A stretch of 47,034 nt of DNA from Catajapyx aquilonaris. Lineage: Eukaryota. The stretch is taken from NCBI GenBank assembly GCA_000934665.2, contig JYFJ02003039.1, positions 1-47,034 on the forward strand. The letters are read 5' to 3'. This document shows positions 22,501-34,300 of this stretch, piece after piece. The notes under the pieces are model-generated. The model made no database searches. It was not told where the DNA came from and saw only the letters and a program-made list of their open reading frames with translations. How positions within the stretch are numbered: the first letter of the stretch is position 1; every line of letters begins with the position of its first letter. The position numbers and the translations under genes were made by a program.

Positions 22501-24359
22501 CTGTACATTTTAAAAGTACAGTAAAACTTCTATAAGTCGAACTTCCCTAAGTTAAAGTTCTCTGTAAGTCGAAGAAAATGATGCGCTTGGTTGGTCACAA
22601 TGTAAAAGAATAGGAAATAAACTTCCCTAACTCGAATTTCTATAACTCGAAGTTCTCCATAACTCGAAGTGTAGGCAGAGCCTTACGATGTGATATCAAT
22701 GCATTTTCAGTCTCCCTAAGTCCAAGTTCATGTTGGCGAGTATGGAAAATTTTCTCATTTCCCAGCCAAAGGGTCGAGAGTAGGCCACATGTACAGAAAG
22801 GCTCAATTTCCTGATCTCTGTCTACCAGATGTACCGAAAGAAGTGTTTGACTCGATTGTGACAATTGAATCCTTGAATCTAAGAGTAGGCAAATGTCCAT
22901 AACGGAGTGTTTTTTTTTTACAACAAATCAACGAGGAACATTGTAAGTGTGATAGTGACAGTTATTTTTAAGTTTTGAACACCTTTCGTCACTGGATATA
23001 AAGGTAGGCTTCCTTATCAAGTTCTGTGCTATGAAAAGCCAAACTTCTCTAACTGGAATCTTGTATAATGCGAAGTTTTTTTTCCGGTCCCATGGAGATT
23101 CAACTTATAGAAGTTTTACTGTAGTTTTCATCACTTAATTATATGGTAGGTGTTGATAGTGGTTCAGTTGGAACTTGTAACAATCAGCAGCATAAGCATA
23201 CATGAATGTGAGACTTCCTAATTAACCTAATGACAAGGAGAGGAACTAACCGGCTAGCTATGAATAATCAACCTTGATGAAGACAGTTAAAATGAAAGTA
23301 GAACTCAATTTATTCTTGGCAGGGGTCCATAGCAAAGGTGCAGGAGGCACAGTATTATTAATAATTCTTCAGCGAGCTAGGTTGGGAAAATCCAAGGCAG
23401 ATGGTCCTGTGAGTATTTGCCAGACTGGACAACATGGTTACTATTGTGAAGCATAACATATACCCCTGTGTTGAAGCGAACTCCAGTATCATTAAATAAT
23501 GTAAAGGAAATGATTCAATCACCATTACAAAGCATGGTTATTTTTAAAGTGGCCATGTGGAGTAAATTACAATACAACATATACAACATATGCATTGACA
23601 TAAAATGCTGATATGCTGTTATAGGTGGCAAAAATCAATTGAAAATTGTGCTGGAACCAAAGTAACTTTCTGGATAGACCAGTTTCCGCTGTATCCAGGG
23701 TCAGTTACAGAGAGGTGTAACTCTGGGCCACTGTTTCATTGGAAGTAAAAGTCATGTACTTCCTAGGCAGCAAGTAGACCCCTGCACTGAAAAATGTGAG
23801 CAGTGTGTGGGATGTAGCACAGTTGCCAGCACCTATACTTAGGGTCAGATTTTGTGTTCAGTAGGAAATTGCCAGTTTTTTTTTTTTTTTTTTTGGGGGG
23901 GGGGNGGAAGCGAATACCTTCTGGCCTTCCTCACAATTGCCCTTTTCCTTGCAAAAATTAATCTCTTCGTTACAAGCAAGCTGTGTAATCACTGCACCAT
24001 AATCAGATTTATCATCTTCATATAGCAAGTACTTCACATAGTAAATCTGGTCATGAATGTAATACTTTTGACACACTAAGAGATGGAATATTGACTCAAA
24101 TGAAAGTGGAAATCTCCGGCTAGGTAGGATTTTATATCGTGAATGCCTGTGTGTGTACATATTCCCTAATTTGCATCTATTCAACTAACCTTAGTAAAAT
24201 TATTTTTTGGGTGTTCATTTCAGTCGCCACTGTGGACGTCTGCTTTGCAACAAGTGCTCAGACAAGGACATGCCCATACTCAAGTTTGGTCTTAACAAGC
24301 CTGTGAGGGTTTGTTCCACCTGCTTTGACGTGCTGACACTTGGAAGCTCACTCTTGTGA
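4552..24359 (+). CDS. ANKFY1: Rabankyrin-5 (coiled coil + BTB + ankyrin repeats + C-terminal FYVE), 17 coding exons
   Basis: Exons approx. 4552-4570, 4816-5005, 5220-5329, 6887-7031, 7090-7213, 11161-11310, 17066-17617, 17987-18100, 18156-18372, 18776-19013, 19080-19370, 19486-19642, 19845-20045, 20265-20817, 21551-21689, 21746-21844, 24224-24359, all GT-AG. EVSKLQHHLALLREEY N-terminus, BTB (YSDLQV...AHHFVLAARS), many TPLH ankyrin repeats, FYVE (W..GD.CLECG.KF...RKHHCRHCGRLLC...PVRVC..CF). Confidence 0.95.
5369..6107 (-). mobile_element. Non-autonomous Helitron in ANKFY1 intron 3
   Basis: On minus strand: 5' TC start after host A, (GTTT)n-like microsatellite near the 5' end, GC-rich subterminal hairpin CCCGGGCAACGCCAGG and 3' CTAG before host T; no TSD. 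Same-strand ORF remnant MPPKKRYTFGQSPAAKRQR...ETDSQRQSRVE. Confidence 0.7.
6386..6761. mobile_element. Fold-back Tc1/mariner-type MITE (~376 bp)
   Basis: TA|CAGGGTGGTCCAACTTTTTTGTCCGAACAGCTAT...ATAGCTGTTCGGACAAAAAAGTTGGACCACCCTG|TA; arms complementary over roughly 160 bp; TA TSD. Confidence 0.9.
7320..7529. mobile_element. Degenerate pogo/Tigger-family non-autonomous element resembling MER2/Tigger3
   Basis: Contains TAACAACTATTT..CATTGT.TTAGGTATTA.AAGT.ATCTAGAGATGATTTAAAG...GGATTTTGGTATCCACGG..GGTCTTGGAACCAATCCCC, matching my recollection of the mammalian MER2/Tigger3 end; decayed ends CTGTCGGCCCT / AGGGCTTCTG; TA TSD not intact. Confidence 0.65.
7974..8688. mobile_element. Putative non-autonomous DNA transposon (ISL2EU/Harbinger-like)
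   Basis: 14-bp TIR GGGGAACTAGCCTT / AAGGCTAGTTCCCC flanked by AT on both sides; interior is CpG-rich unlike the host intron. Superfamily assignment is tentative. Confidence 0.55.
8772..9136 (+). mobile_element. tRNA-derived SINE (family A)
   Basis: A box TGGCCGTGATGG (8784-8795), B box GGTTCGATCCC (8828-8838), (TAAA)n-like tail, 12-bp TSD AGGAAACGACCA at 8760-8771 and 9137-9148. Confidence 0.9.
12112..12691 (-). CDS. Ly6/uPAR (three-finger) GPI-anchored protein, nested antisense in ANKFY1 intron 6; 5' end uncertain
   Basis: Exons 12670-12691, 12452-12616, 12112-12392 joined by phase-1 GT-AG introns give MLGGLVVGWSLRCYRCALKP...SCVHF...VDCPFSTLCMKRTV...VTVRDCAPQ...EGC...EFCFCKGNLCN plus a hydrophobic tail (LRFWFMSLLPFLWRYL): 10 Cys, LxCYxC start, CxxxLCN end. 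Confidence 0.85.
22043..22469 (-). mobile_element. tRNA-derived SINE (family B) in the last ANKFY1 intron
   Basis: Minus-strand head ACCGAAGCAGCAGTAGCTGAGGGG...GGGATCGAATCCCC (A/B-box like), A-rich tail, 15-bp TSD TGCCGGGAGTTATAT at 22028-22042 and 22470-22484. Confidence 0.88.
22519..23121. mobile_element. pogo/Tigger-like MITE, copy 1
   Basis: TA|CAGTAAAACTTCTATAAGTCGAA...TTCAACTTATAGAAGTTTTACTG|TA; internal repeats of TAACTCGAA/TAAGTCGAA; second copy at 44334-44847. Confidence 0.9.
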
Positions 24360-25699
24360 AAGGAGGTCTCTTCCAGTTGCAGGGAAGCAGTCATGGATGA
24401 CTGGAACTCATCTCAACGTGTAACGTCCTCTAAACGATGCACTGTCATGTAGTCATAATTATCCCCACCATCAGATTGTAGAGTCAACTTTATTATATCG
24501 GTGGCTGTCCCATCACTGTCAGGATATACCTGTATATTTTTGTATTCACATCTGCCATGATGATTGACAGCTCCAGTTATGCCCATTTCACATAAAGATT
24601 TTGATTACCTTAACACGCAATGGAACAAAACAGCATGGAAACAAAATACTCCTAAGTCACTAGCTGGAGCTTAAGGCATTGAGGGCCAACATAAGTGATG
24701 ACAGATGGAGTGATTCCTTCTGCCAACACCAGTGGGCTGCCAGGCTCATCCCATCTGGCAACTCACACATTTCCATTGTTCTTCATTGCAGTTTCATGTT
24801 GTGATAATCAAATACTTTATGTAACTAGTTCTATGAGAAGTACAGCACAATAATAAGTTTCCAGCAGTGTGGTGTTTTTTCTTCTTCTGTGATATGTGAT
24901 ACTACATTATGCTGGAGTTTGCAACATTCACTCTGTACTTCTAGTCACACAGCCAAGATGCATTCTGCTGTGCAATGCAAGAATGTCTTAACTGCTAATT
25001 GACACAGAAGATATGGAACTATCATCCGTACAGTCAGTGGCAATATAGTCTTTTTTGCATTGCTCAGCAGTACTGCTGAGCCATTGCTTACTTCGGAACA
25101 ATCATGTTGTAGTTCAAATACACTTAATAATTTCCATGCAACCATTTTATACTACTCGTACTTCCTGGTCACAAACTGTCCGTGCCTTATAAAAATATTT
25201 GTAAATAATTGGCCAATCTCGAAAGCTGCAAAGATGCATGGAAATTCCAGGGTTTACATTACCCAAAAAAAGGTGCCAATTTGTAATATGTAAAATTTTG
25301 CCAATAAAGAAGCCTGTTTGTAATATCTGCATCATGTCTTTTGTAGCAGGGCATGTCCACTATAAGTATGCTAGCCAAGTAATCCAAACCTGTCATCAAA
25401 TAATTCCTGTCGTCCCAGAAAGGTGTCAGGATGTTTCATGGACATACCAGATATTTTTGTGGTGTTCCTACATCCTTATAGGGATGTCGTGATGGTGTTG
25501 TTGTTCCTACATCAGTGCATGTGCTAGTATCCAGATCTTGCCTACTCCATTAGTCAGAATTACATAATCCATTTAAAAAGAAGCTGGAGAAATCAGGGTA
25601 ATTCTTCTTAAGTACCATTACAAAACCTAGATATCTTACGCATGACCTTGGCACAGATAGCAGTGGCCGTTTGGCCACAAGGACCAGGCCAGGAATTAA

Positions 25700-25853
25700 G
25701 CGCATTTACATGTGAGTGATGTTACAGCGATGTCATCGCCGAGTGAAAGTAACAATGGTGGTAACCATGTGTTTTCACCCCAAACGATTGGTCTCAGTGC
25801 TCGACGGTGACATCACTGCAACATTGCCCATCAAACCGCTTGCATGTAAACGC
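25700..25853. mobile_element. Small palindromic MITE-like element
   Basis: GCGCATTTACATG...CATGTAAACGCG ends and internal inverted arms GTGATGTTACAGCGATGTCATCGCCGAG / CTCGACGGTGACATCACTGCAACATTGC. Confidence 0.5.
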
Positions 25854-25865
25854 GACTTTTTTATA

Positions 25866-25983
25866 TAGTCTGGTGACCCGGGGTAGCTTGCCCCCTGGGG
25901 TAACTGGTTGTTTACTGCTATCCTTTTACATATGTTGCCATGGTGATTGCCCCCGGGATAGCTTACCCGGGGTCATCAGACTA
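25866..25983. mobile_element. Small TAG...CTA palindromic MITE-like element
   Basis: TAGTCTGGTGACCCGGGGTAGCT / AGCTTACCCGGGGTCATCAGACTA inverted ends; no clear TSD. Confidence 0.5.
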
Positions 25984-28330
25984 GCTCTTGACCAGAGTTA
26001 CTTATTGAAATCTCCTTGACGATTGCTGAAAATGTTCATTTTATCATGGCAACACAACCACTAATATTGGCCATGGCAACGAGGCATACTGGGATCGAAC
26101 TAGTCAGAGTCCTGGTAATGACATGTAGCTGCATGTAGATATTCCCTATAAGTTGTAGTCTTGTACAGCATCATCTGCTTCATCATTGCTTTGCAGCAGG
26201 TCAATGCAGACCTGATGTCAATCATGCTATGTTATTACCGTAGCTATTTGCAGCTGGGCTACATCGTTACACCGTGTAACCAGGGAGGTGTACCCACTGA
26301 CACCCTGCAAACTTCCTTATGCCAAATCCTGCCTGAGCCAGGTCATCGAAATGCAAGTACCCATCACTCGAGGTCATACGATGCATGATTTCGACCGTCG
26401 CCTTTATCATGTCCCCAGTCCCTCTCTTCCGCCCAAGCCAAGCCGCTGCCCGCCCGGTTTCCCATCTCCCGACCGCAAAATCCACAGCGAGAACATTCGA
26501 TCAAACTGGTTCGAAAATGCCTTTTCCAGTGTTCGTCCCTCAGAACTTCCGCAAAGCACCTAGCAATGCACGTAACGCCCTCCGGCATTGGTCCCCGCCA
26601 GTTATGCCCGGCCAATCACGGCTCCTCTCTCACGGCCGCACCTCGCTAGTCAAATGGGCATCAAATTTCCAGCCTGCACAAACCAGCATTATAAATCGAA
26701 TCCGGATGACCGCGACCTATGACCCACGAGGATGGCTTCAGGTCATGGTTCCAGACCTGTTGGGTGCACGGGCGCGATTTAAGGGGTGTGTCGAAGGTGC
26801 ATTGTTTACGGTGTGAAGGCAGTAGCGGGCGTGACTCGCGTGGGGCGGGGGGGTGATCTTCTGGAAAAGGAGCAATGGACGGCGAGTCGGGAAGCCGTCG
26901 GGCTCGATGCTGCCGATGCTCCCGCTGAGACGCACGGGGAGGCGTCCGGACGGAGACAGAGCGCAGGGCCAGGACGGGCGGAGGGAAGGACGGGATATGC
27001 AGAGCCACAACCCCACGGGGCGGACTGGACGGGGAGAGAGGAGGAGGCCCAGCCACCACAACACCACTGCTCACGTTTCGGCGAGCACCTGGCCTTCCAG
27101 CCCGATCCGAACAGGTATACAGGGGGATTGGTCACCTCCCACATGGCCGAAAGGTACAGAGCGGAATGGGCACTGTCATCCCGCTCTATTCATGCACATT
27201 AAGCCACGAGAGACGTGCGTTGGGTAATGTATATACGCAAGAAATGGTTGTGGTACAGGAGTTGCTCATGTAGGGTTTTTGATTTTCACTGCAAAATGTT
27301 GCGGTCAGCTGCGTAAGGCATATTTTAAAGGATTGACGGCAGTGGCAAGTGCAGGTTGGACACAATTTTAATGTCCAGCTTTGCACTACACTAACATTCA
27401 GCTAACGGCTCTGATGGGAACATGTACTAACAATGATGTAGTGCAGGCTGCCATCAAAGTTTTGCAAAAAATTAGCTGTGAAGATAAACCATGTTATGTC
27501 ATGGTTAAGTGACATATGCATTGCCATGCAGAAGCGATATTTGACATACTGATCAACAATAATTCAGATGTATAACCATTTCCGTAACTTAAAGGTGCTG
27601 CAAAAATGCAGCTGTTGCATTTACATTGGCATCCTGTGCGCTTGCCTGGTACTGTGTGAGCTAGGCCTAAGCGTGGGGCAATGGTGCCTGGCAGGACAAT
27701 GAGGGGCACGTTGCACATTGTCCCTTACAACCTGTTAAAATGTTATGCTGAGCCTGTTAATTGCCATTGTTGTGATGCAAAGAAGTAAGTGGAAAGTGGC
27801 AGTAGCCCCTTGTAGTGATGGATGATACTAGTGCTAGTAGGCACTGATGATACTATCATCACTAGATGACAGGGTTGGGAAGGGAGGACATAAGCTTATT
27901 TTTTATATGGGATTGAATGTAGATTTTCAGCATTTGGACACTGCAGTGCAGCTGCAGTGGCATTCTGTGACAAATGTGTTTGGCTTTTTCGTATAAAATG
28001 GTTTTGCAGGAAGTTGTGTGACAATTGGTTGCTTATTATTAAAGGCAGAATTTTTTAAATATATTATTTCTTTTGAGTACAGCTGCCATACCATTATGAC
28101 ACATGTAATATGATACTTTAATTGAAAGTTGAAATACTGATGTATTTTGACAAATTTAAGTGCAAGGCAGTTGCAGCCTAACCTTTTGTCATGGAAGGAA
28201 AACATGAGGTTCTCAGAGACCTCTTAGGAGATGGATCAATGGTTCGTCTTTTAAGATGACCAATGTTTTTAGTGAATGATGTGTGTGTGTGTTCATTGGA
28301 AACTGATGATTTTCTTGTTTCAGTGCTGTA

Positions 28331-31300
28331 ATGAACGGAATGATGGATCCTCAGACACCTCACCTCAGCAGCCGCCTCCACAGGGATCCTCACACGCCAA
28401 CCTCCTCTACCTCCTCATCTCACCGTGGAAGCAGTGGGGGAGGCATGAGCAGCAGTGGTGGTGGGGGAGGGGGTGGGGTGGGAGTACCTGGGGTGGACCC
28501 TCCCTCCTCCTCCTCCTCCGCGTCCTCCTCCTCCTCCCACCACCACCACCACAAGCTGCGCAACTACAAGCTCGTGGTTGATCCATTTTTAGTAAAAGGT
28601 GCCTCGAAGCTGTACAGATTTGATGGGCATGTGACAGATGACCCAACCTACCCCCCAGTGCACATACGTGACCCACGGTCAGCACTTACCCGCATATGGA
28701 CCCGTCTTGAGACATTGGACATCCCCATCCCCAGGTGAGGGGACCATTTTAATTCATTAGTGGCTTTGTTTCATACCAATCCATATGTGATGCGAAGTGA
28801 ATTACATAATTTAATGCAATGCAAAATTAGGGACTGAAATTAGCGCAATAATGGGAGGGCAAAGAGGATTTAAAATAGTTTTAGAAGTGACATTAGTCAC
28901 TGGTAACTGTCATGCAGTGGTCCGCTTTCAAACAGATATCTCTGGTTTCAGGTTCAAGATTGACTCAAACTATGTTGGTGTCCCTCCACCTGTTGAAGTG
29001 ACTATTTACAATGTGAATGACAACATTGACAAGGCCTTTTTGATGGACTTGGTGCGCAAGTTTGGGGTGGTGGAGGAACTCTACATATACTACCACCCAA
29101 GCACTAACAAGCACTTGGGTCTAGGACGAGTGGTCTTTGAGAGTGTTGCTGCAGCCACGCTGTGTGTGGAGCGGCTCAACAAGACCTCGGTTATGGGGAA
29201 AGTTCTGCACGTCTTCAAGGATGCTTTTGGAGAGCAGTGCCGGAAGAGGTTTGCCGAGGTCACAGAGGAGAAGAAGGTTGAGGATAAAAAAGGTGACGTG
29301 GAGCCCATTGAGAGTAGTGAGGATGAGTCAGTGGTTGCTCCTGAAGTGATTGTGCCAGAAAAGGTGGATAGGCGAAAAGCGAGCCAGACTCAGAGCCAGA
29401 CTCAAAGCCAAAACCAGGTAGAGGAAGTGGACCCTCCAGCAGCCCCTCTGCCCATAGTTGACTATCCAACTCCATCCTCTTCTGACCTGGGTTACTCCAC
29501 CATGAGCACATCATCATACAACCACTCCACCCACTCGACACCCATCGGCTATGAGTACAACCATTACCCAGCACCTCCACCGCCTCCCCCTTCCCACCCA
29601 CCTCCTCCTCCCCCTCCCCCTCCCCCGCCTCCTCCACCCCCCATGCCGCACTATCCTCCACACCATGCCCCTCACCTCCCACCCCCTCCACCTCCTCACC
29701 CAGCATACAGGGGGAATTATACACCACAGATGCAGTGGGGTTACCAGCAGTGGGATGGTATAATGTATGACCCTCCTGTGGCGTGGCAGCCGGATGGATG
29801 GCAACAGCCAAGTGCGCAACCATACTCACCGCATGAGAGCGATGCCGAAGTTGCCAGGAAACCAGCATCACCCCCACCGGCACCCCCACCAGTACTTCCA
29901 CCAGCTCCAGCGCCAGTACCTGCTGCACCTCCACCTGAGGCGGAGAGCACAATGGATTTGGACACTCGCATTAAGTTGCTCTTGAAGGGCAAGACACCAT
30001 GTGGGCTTACCCCACCATTCCTGCAACTCAACCTAAGCAGTGACTCAGATGATGGCAAGGAGGAGCGTGGTGGGCGACGGAGACGACGGCGGAAGAAGAG
30101 AGCTGAAAATAAGCAGTCCAGCGAAGACAGTGATGATTCCGAACCCCCACCCCCTCCATCTGATGGAGAAGTGGCCCCTCCTCTCCCGCCTCCACCACCA
30201 GAGCCATCAGATGATGCAGATGAGCCCCCTCCCCCTCCTCCCCCACCAGAATGGCTTCAGGATACACCAGAGCCACAGCCACTGTCAACTCCTCCATCGC
30301 CGTTCCTGTCTGAAGAGCAGTACCTGAAGTGGTTCCAGCTGGGTATTGAGAAAGCCCAGCAGGCACGGGAGAGGGAACAGAGGGAAACTACAGGTTTTAT
30401 TTTGGAGAGTGTCGAGAGTGCCCTTAAGAGCCTTGTCACCTCAAAGCAGGACTTGGAGAGGAAGAATGCAGAGGTCTCAGGGACTTCAGCCAAGGCTAAG
30501 GGAAAAGGAAGGAAGAACAAGAGTAGTGAATCAGGGGTAAAGATGGGTTTGTTTTTTATGGGTGTTTGTGACTGTATTTTTGACAACTCCAAACAAACAT
30601 CTAGCCAGGCTCCAAATCCATTTAAACTGACAATGTGGCAAAAGCAATATTCCAGAAAAAACCAAGCACTGTATTGCGATTTTTGTCATCTTATCAGATT
30701 ATCTGGCCTTGCTCATCACCACTCTCATTGCCTAGGAAGAATTTTGTATGAAGTTTCACACTTGAAATAATTAATCAGAAAAAGACAATTACTCTTTCAT
30801 GATTTGCCAATATTGTTTGTAGGTTTAGTAATGGCATTCATTCACGTGTATTGCGAGCTGTCAGTGATGAGCCTCTATGAAAAAGTCTGTGTTAGATGAA
30901 CTTTGTTCTGTGATATTCGATGTGAATTCATCCACCATCCAGTAAATGGTCCATAGGAATGATACTAAGAGCTATGCACGAATTCGCACCAGAGTGTTTG
31001 GGGAACAGGATCCCACTAGAACTTAATCCCTCTTATTCCACCAGGTCAGTGGTTCCATATTCATGGGTAACTGTATCCATGGGGTTTTTAGGGACCTAAA
31101 CCTCCAGGAATAGCAGGGATTGAACATTTAGTCTGCATATGCAGTGTGTTCCAAGCATTGGTTCCTTTTAGTCAATGCAAATATCACCTGAAATTGTTAT
31201 TTTTGTGTAGCACTTTGCAGCCCAATCCAGGTACCCAACTCTTCCCCTTATATCACCTGGATCAGGGCACTAAAGGCTACACAAAAATAACAACTTCACG

Positions 31301-34300
31301 TGAAGTTGTGATAACTGAAGGATCCGAATGCTTGGATCACTCGGCATAGCATAACATAGAATTTATTGATAATGAGAGAGAATGTTTCCCAAAATGGATG
31401 ATTATTTGTCTTACACACAGAGCCACAGAATCATAGTAGACTTTTTTTTGGAGTTGGGAGCATGCAAGTCAAAGCAAGCTTCAAAAGATCATGCATCTGG
31501 TTGTAACCGATGGCATTTGTACACCACAGGGCTCCAAAGATGGCAGTGGTGGTGCCTCCCCTTGTGATGGCTCACCCTCCATGACCCAGAAAGACGATGA
31601 CTGCATGTCGTTGTCCAGCCTGAGCTCAGATGAGGAGACTCTTCTCTCTCAGCCCCCGGATCCGCAGTACCACAGTTACCAGTATCCTCCTGGACCTTCC
31701 TCTGCACCACCTGCGCCCTCATCCGCTGCACCTCCTGCTGGCCCTGCTCCATTTCCCTACCACTATCCCCCCATGCCAGGTGCTCCTCCGCATGGATACC
31801 TACCTCCAGGGATGCCTCGCCCACCGTACATGACACCTGCATACCCACATGATCCCTATGCTCCATGGAGACCACCTGGGATGCCTGGATATTTGGGTCA
31901 TCCTGGAATGTACCCTGGAGGTGGGCCACCTCCAGGTTATCCAATGCCCCCTGGCCATGGGTATGGGCCCCCACATCAACAGTACCCAGGTGCAATGGGT
32001 TTTGGGATGCCACCACCTCCAGGACAGTACATGTATCCAGGCTGGAACCCAGGATTTGCCCCTGGGGCTGCTCCAAGGCCTGAATGTAATGATCCACAGG
32101 CCCCAACTATCAAGTTAGTACAGTGCAGCATTGTCATCATGTTGATATACTATGGAAATGCAATGGTGTAATCATATTTGCTATTGCAGTGGTGTGCTGG
32201 ACATTCTTATCAATGAACTGAAGGTGATATTGAAGCGGGATTTCAATAAGAAGATGATTGAGAATACTGCTTTCAAGGCATTTGAATCATGGTGGGATGA
32301 GCAGCAGAGGCAGGCAAAGGTAATACTTTGTTTGAGATGTGTATTGGTTAAGGGCCGCATTTTCAACATCCTGGTAAGTAGCGATGGGGTGGAATTAAGG
32401 AGAGTGGGACGTCAAACCCCCCCTTTTGCTGGCTTTCCCATTGTAACGTCGCGTAGCAAGAAGCGGACGGGTATCTTTCCAGCCACCCTCCAGACCGCTG
32501 CAACCAGCTCGGGGGTTGCCACTAGTTGCTAGCTAGACGAACATGGCTGATTTCACGGGGACGTAGTTCATGTCCTGGCCGTGGATGAACTAGGGAAGGC
32601 CCATTTCCATAGGAACCGGATAATGCAAGACAGGCGAGACGCTTTATTTAGGGTTGCCCGACAGCTAAAGACGCTGTGTTTTTATTGTGTGAGGAGCTAG
32701 GCTAATTGCTGCAGCTGAAAAGCGCATTGCATTTGAGGCACTGGCTGACTGCACAGTTGGAAAAAAAAAAAAATCTGCAACACGGATAATCTGCACCTGG
32801 ATAATAGGGAGTATATTGTATTAGAAATTCCTTAAAGCAGCAGTCAATAGCCTATGTAGTTCATTAAACATCTCTGGATAGCTAATTTTTAAGGTATGTA
32901 GAACCATTTTCGGGTTATCCGTGTTTTCCGGGAACACTGGTGCATTAATTATCTAGGTCTCTAGGATAATCAGGAGTACAGTGTACTGCAGAGGAGGGAG
33001 ACGCAAAGGTCATAAAGGAAACGAAGGAGAACGGGACAGAGGAGCACCGGGTGATGGTCATAGAGAGAGAGAGACTGAACGAGTGAAGGCCACAGGGATC
33101 TCACAGTGCCTCGTACCATGGGGAATTTTGAAAATTTGTCTGCACGGCCCCCATTGGCTGGGTGACTCCAAAACGTCACAGTATGCCTTGGCAATACCGC
33201 ACCTGTGGAAGGAAGACTGGAGGACAAGCCTTACCCTTGCTAGAGGGTCGTACGGTGCGAGATAGATGGTCAAAATCGCATTCCTGCTACCTCTAGCAGT
33301 GCCAGCGGCAACTTGTGACCGGGACACCCACTTTTGCTAGGACGTTGAAAATACGGCCCTAAGAGTTTACTAAGTGAAGGAAACAACACTGTAGTACAGG
33401 ATGGCTCCTCTCTTACCTTTTTATTTGTCAGTGGGTGCATTGACATCGAAGCTAGTTTTAATACTGATAAAAACAGGCATTTTTATGAACCTAATTTCAC
33501 TACCCACCTTCGTTGCAGAGTGCGGATTCTGGACCTGTGGCTCCAGACTCCAAGTTGGTTCCCCCTTCAGTGTCATCACAGCTTAACTCAAAACCGGAAT
33601 CTCTCCTCTCCACTCTGATAGACAGCAATAGGGAAGGATTCCCCCTCGATTCATCAGGTCTCTTTGGGGGCATGGGCCTTGGCTTCCGTGCTGCCATACC
33701 CAAGATGCCCTCTTTCAGGGTTAGTGTCACTTTAATTATGGCGTAAGCCAGGAAGGAAATGTGACTGCTGACATTTTTGTTCTGCATGTTCCTCTACAGA
33801 GAAAGATCAAGCCTCCTTCACCACCTCCATTGGATGACCAAGAAGACTCCAGGAAAGAATTTGAAGAGAGTGATCAAGAGCAAGATACTGTTCAGCCCTC
33901 AGATTCTGAATCACAGGTTGCGGTGCTTTTTAACTCCAATGAGCCATTTTAGTGATTTAAAGGGTCACTGCCCCAAAAATGAACGCTTGAATTTGTACTT
34001 TTAAACCATCATATAACTTTCAAAAGCATGCTGGTGAAGGTATGCATTTTTAAAAATGCCCTAAGCAGAAGAAATGAATATTCAATGTTTGAAATTATCT
34101 TCCCTTTTCTCCACATTTTACCCTGGATTATGACATTGTTATCAGGGTACTAGGGAACCATATGGACACTTTCTGAGCACTCTCTCAATATTTTGTAACT
34201 AGATTGTGGCCCTTTGAAACTGTATCCTCCTAATTTGATATGGGGGTATACAAAGTTATCCTGTTTTGGAATGAATGAAGTATATCATTGTGTTCCTTTT

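Noticed and set aside
23876..23907. T-run/G-run junction with an N at 23905
   Set aside because: Homopolymer sequencing/assembly ambiguity, not a feature.
29260..32106. Long minus-strand ORFs (230 aa, 205 aa) opposite SET1
   Set aside because: Shadow ORFs of proline-rich, GC-rich SET1 exons.
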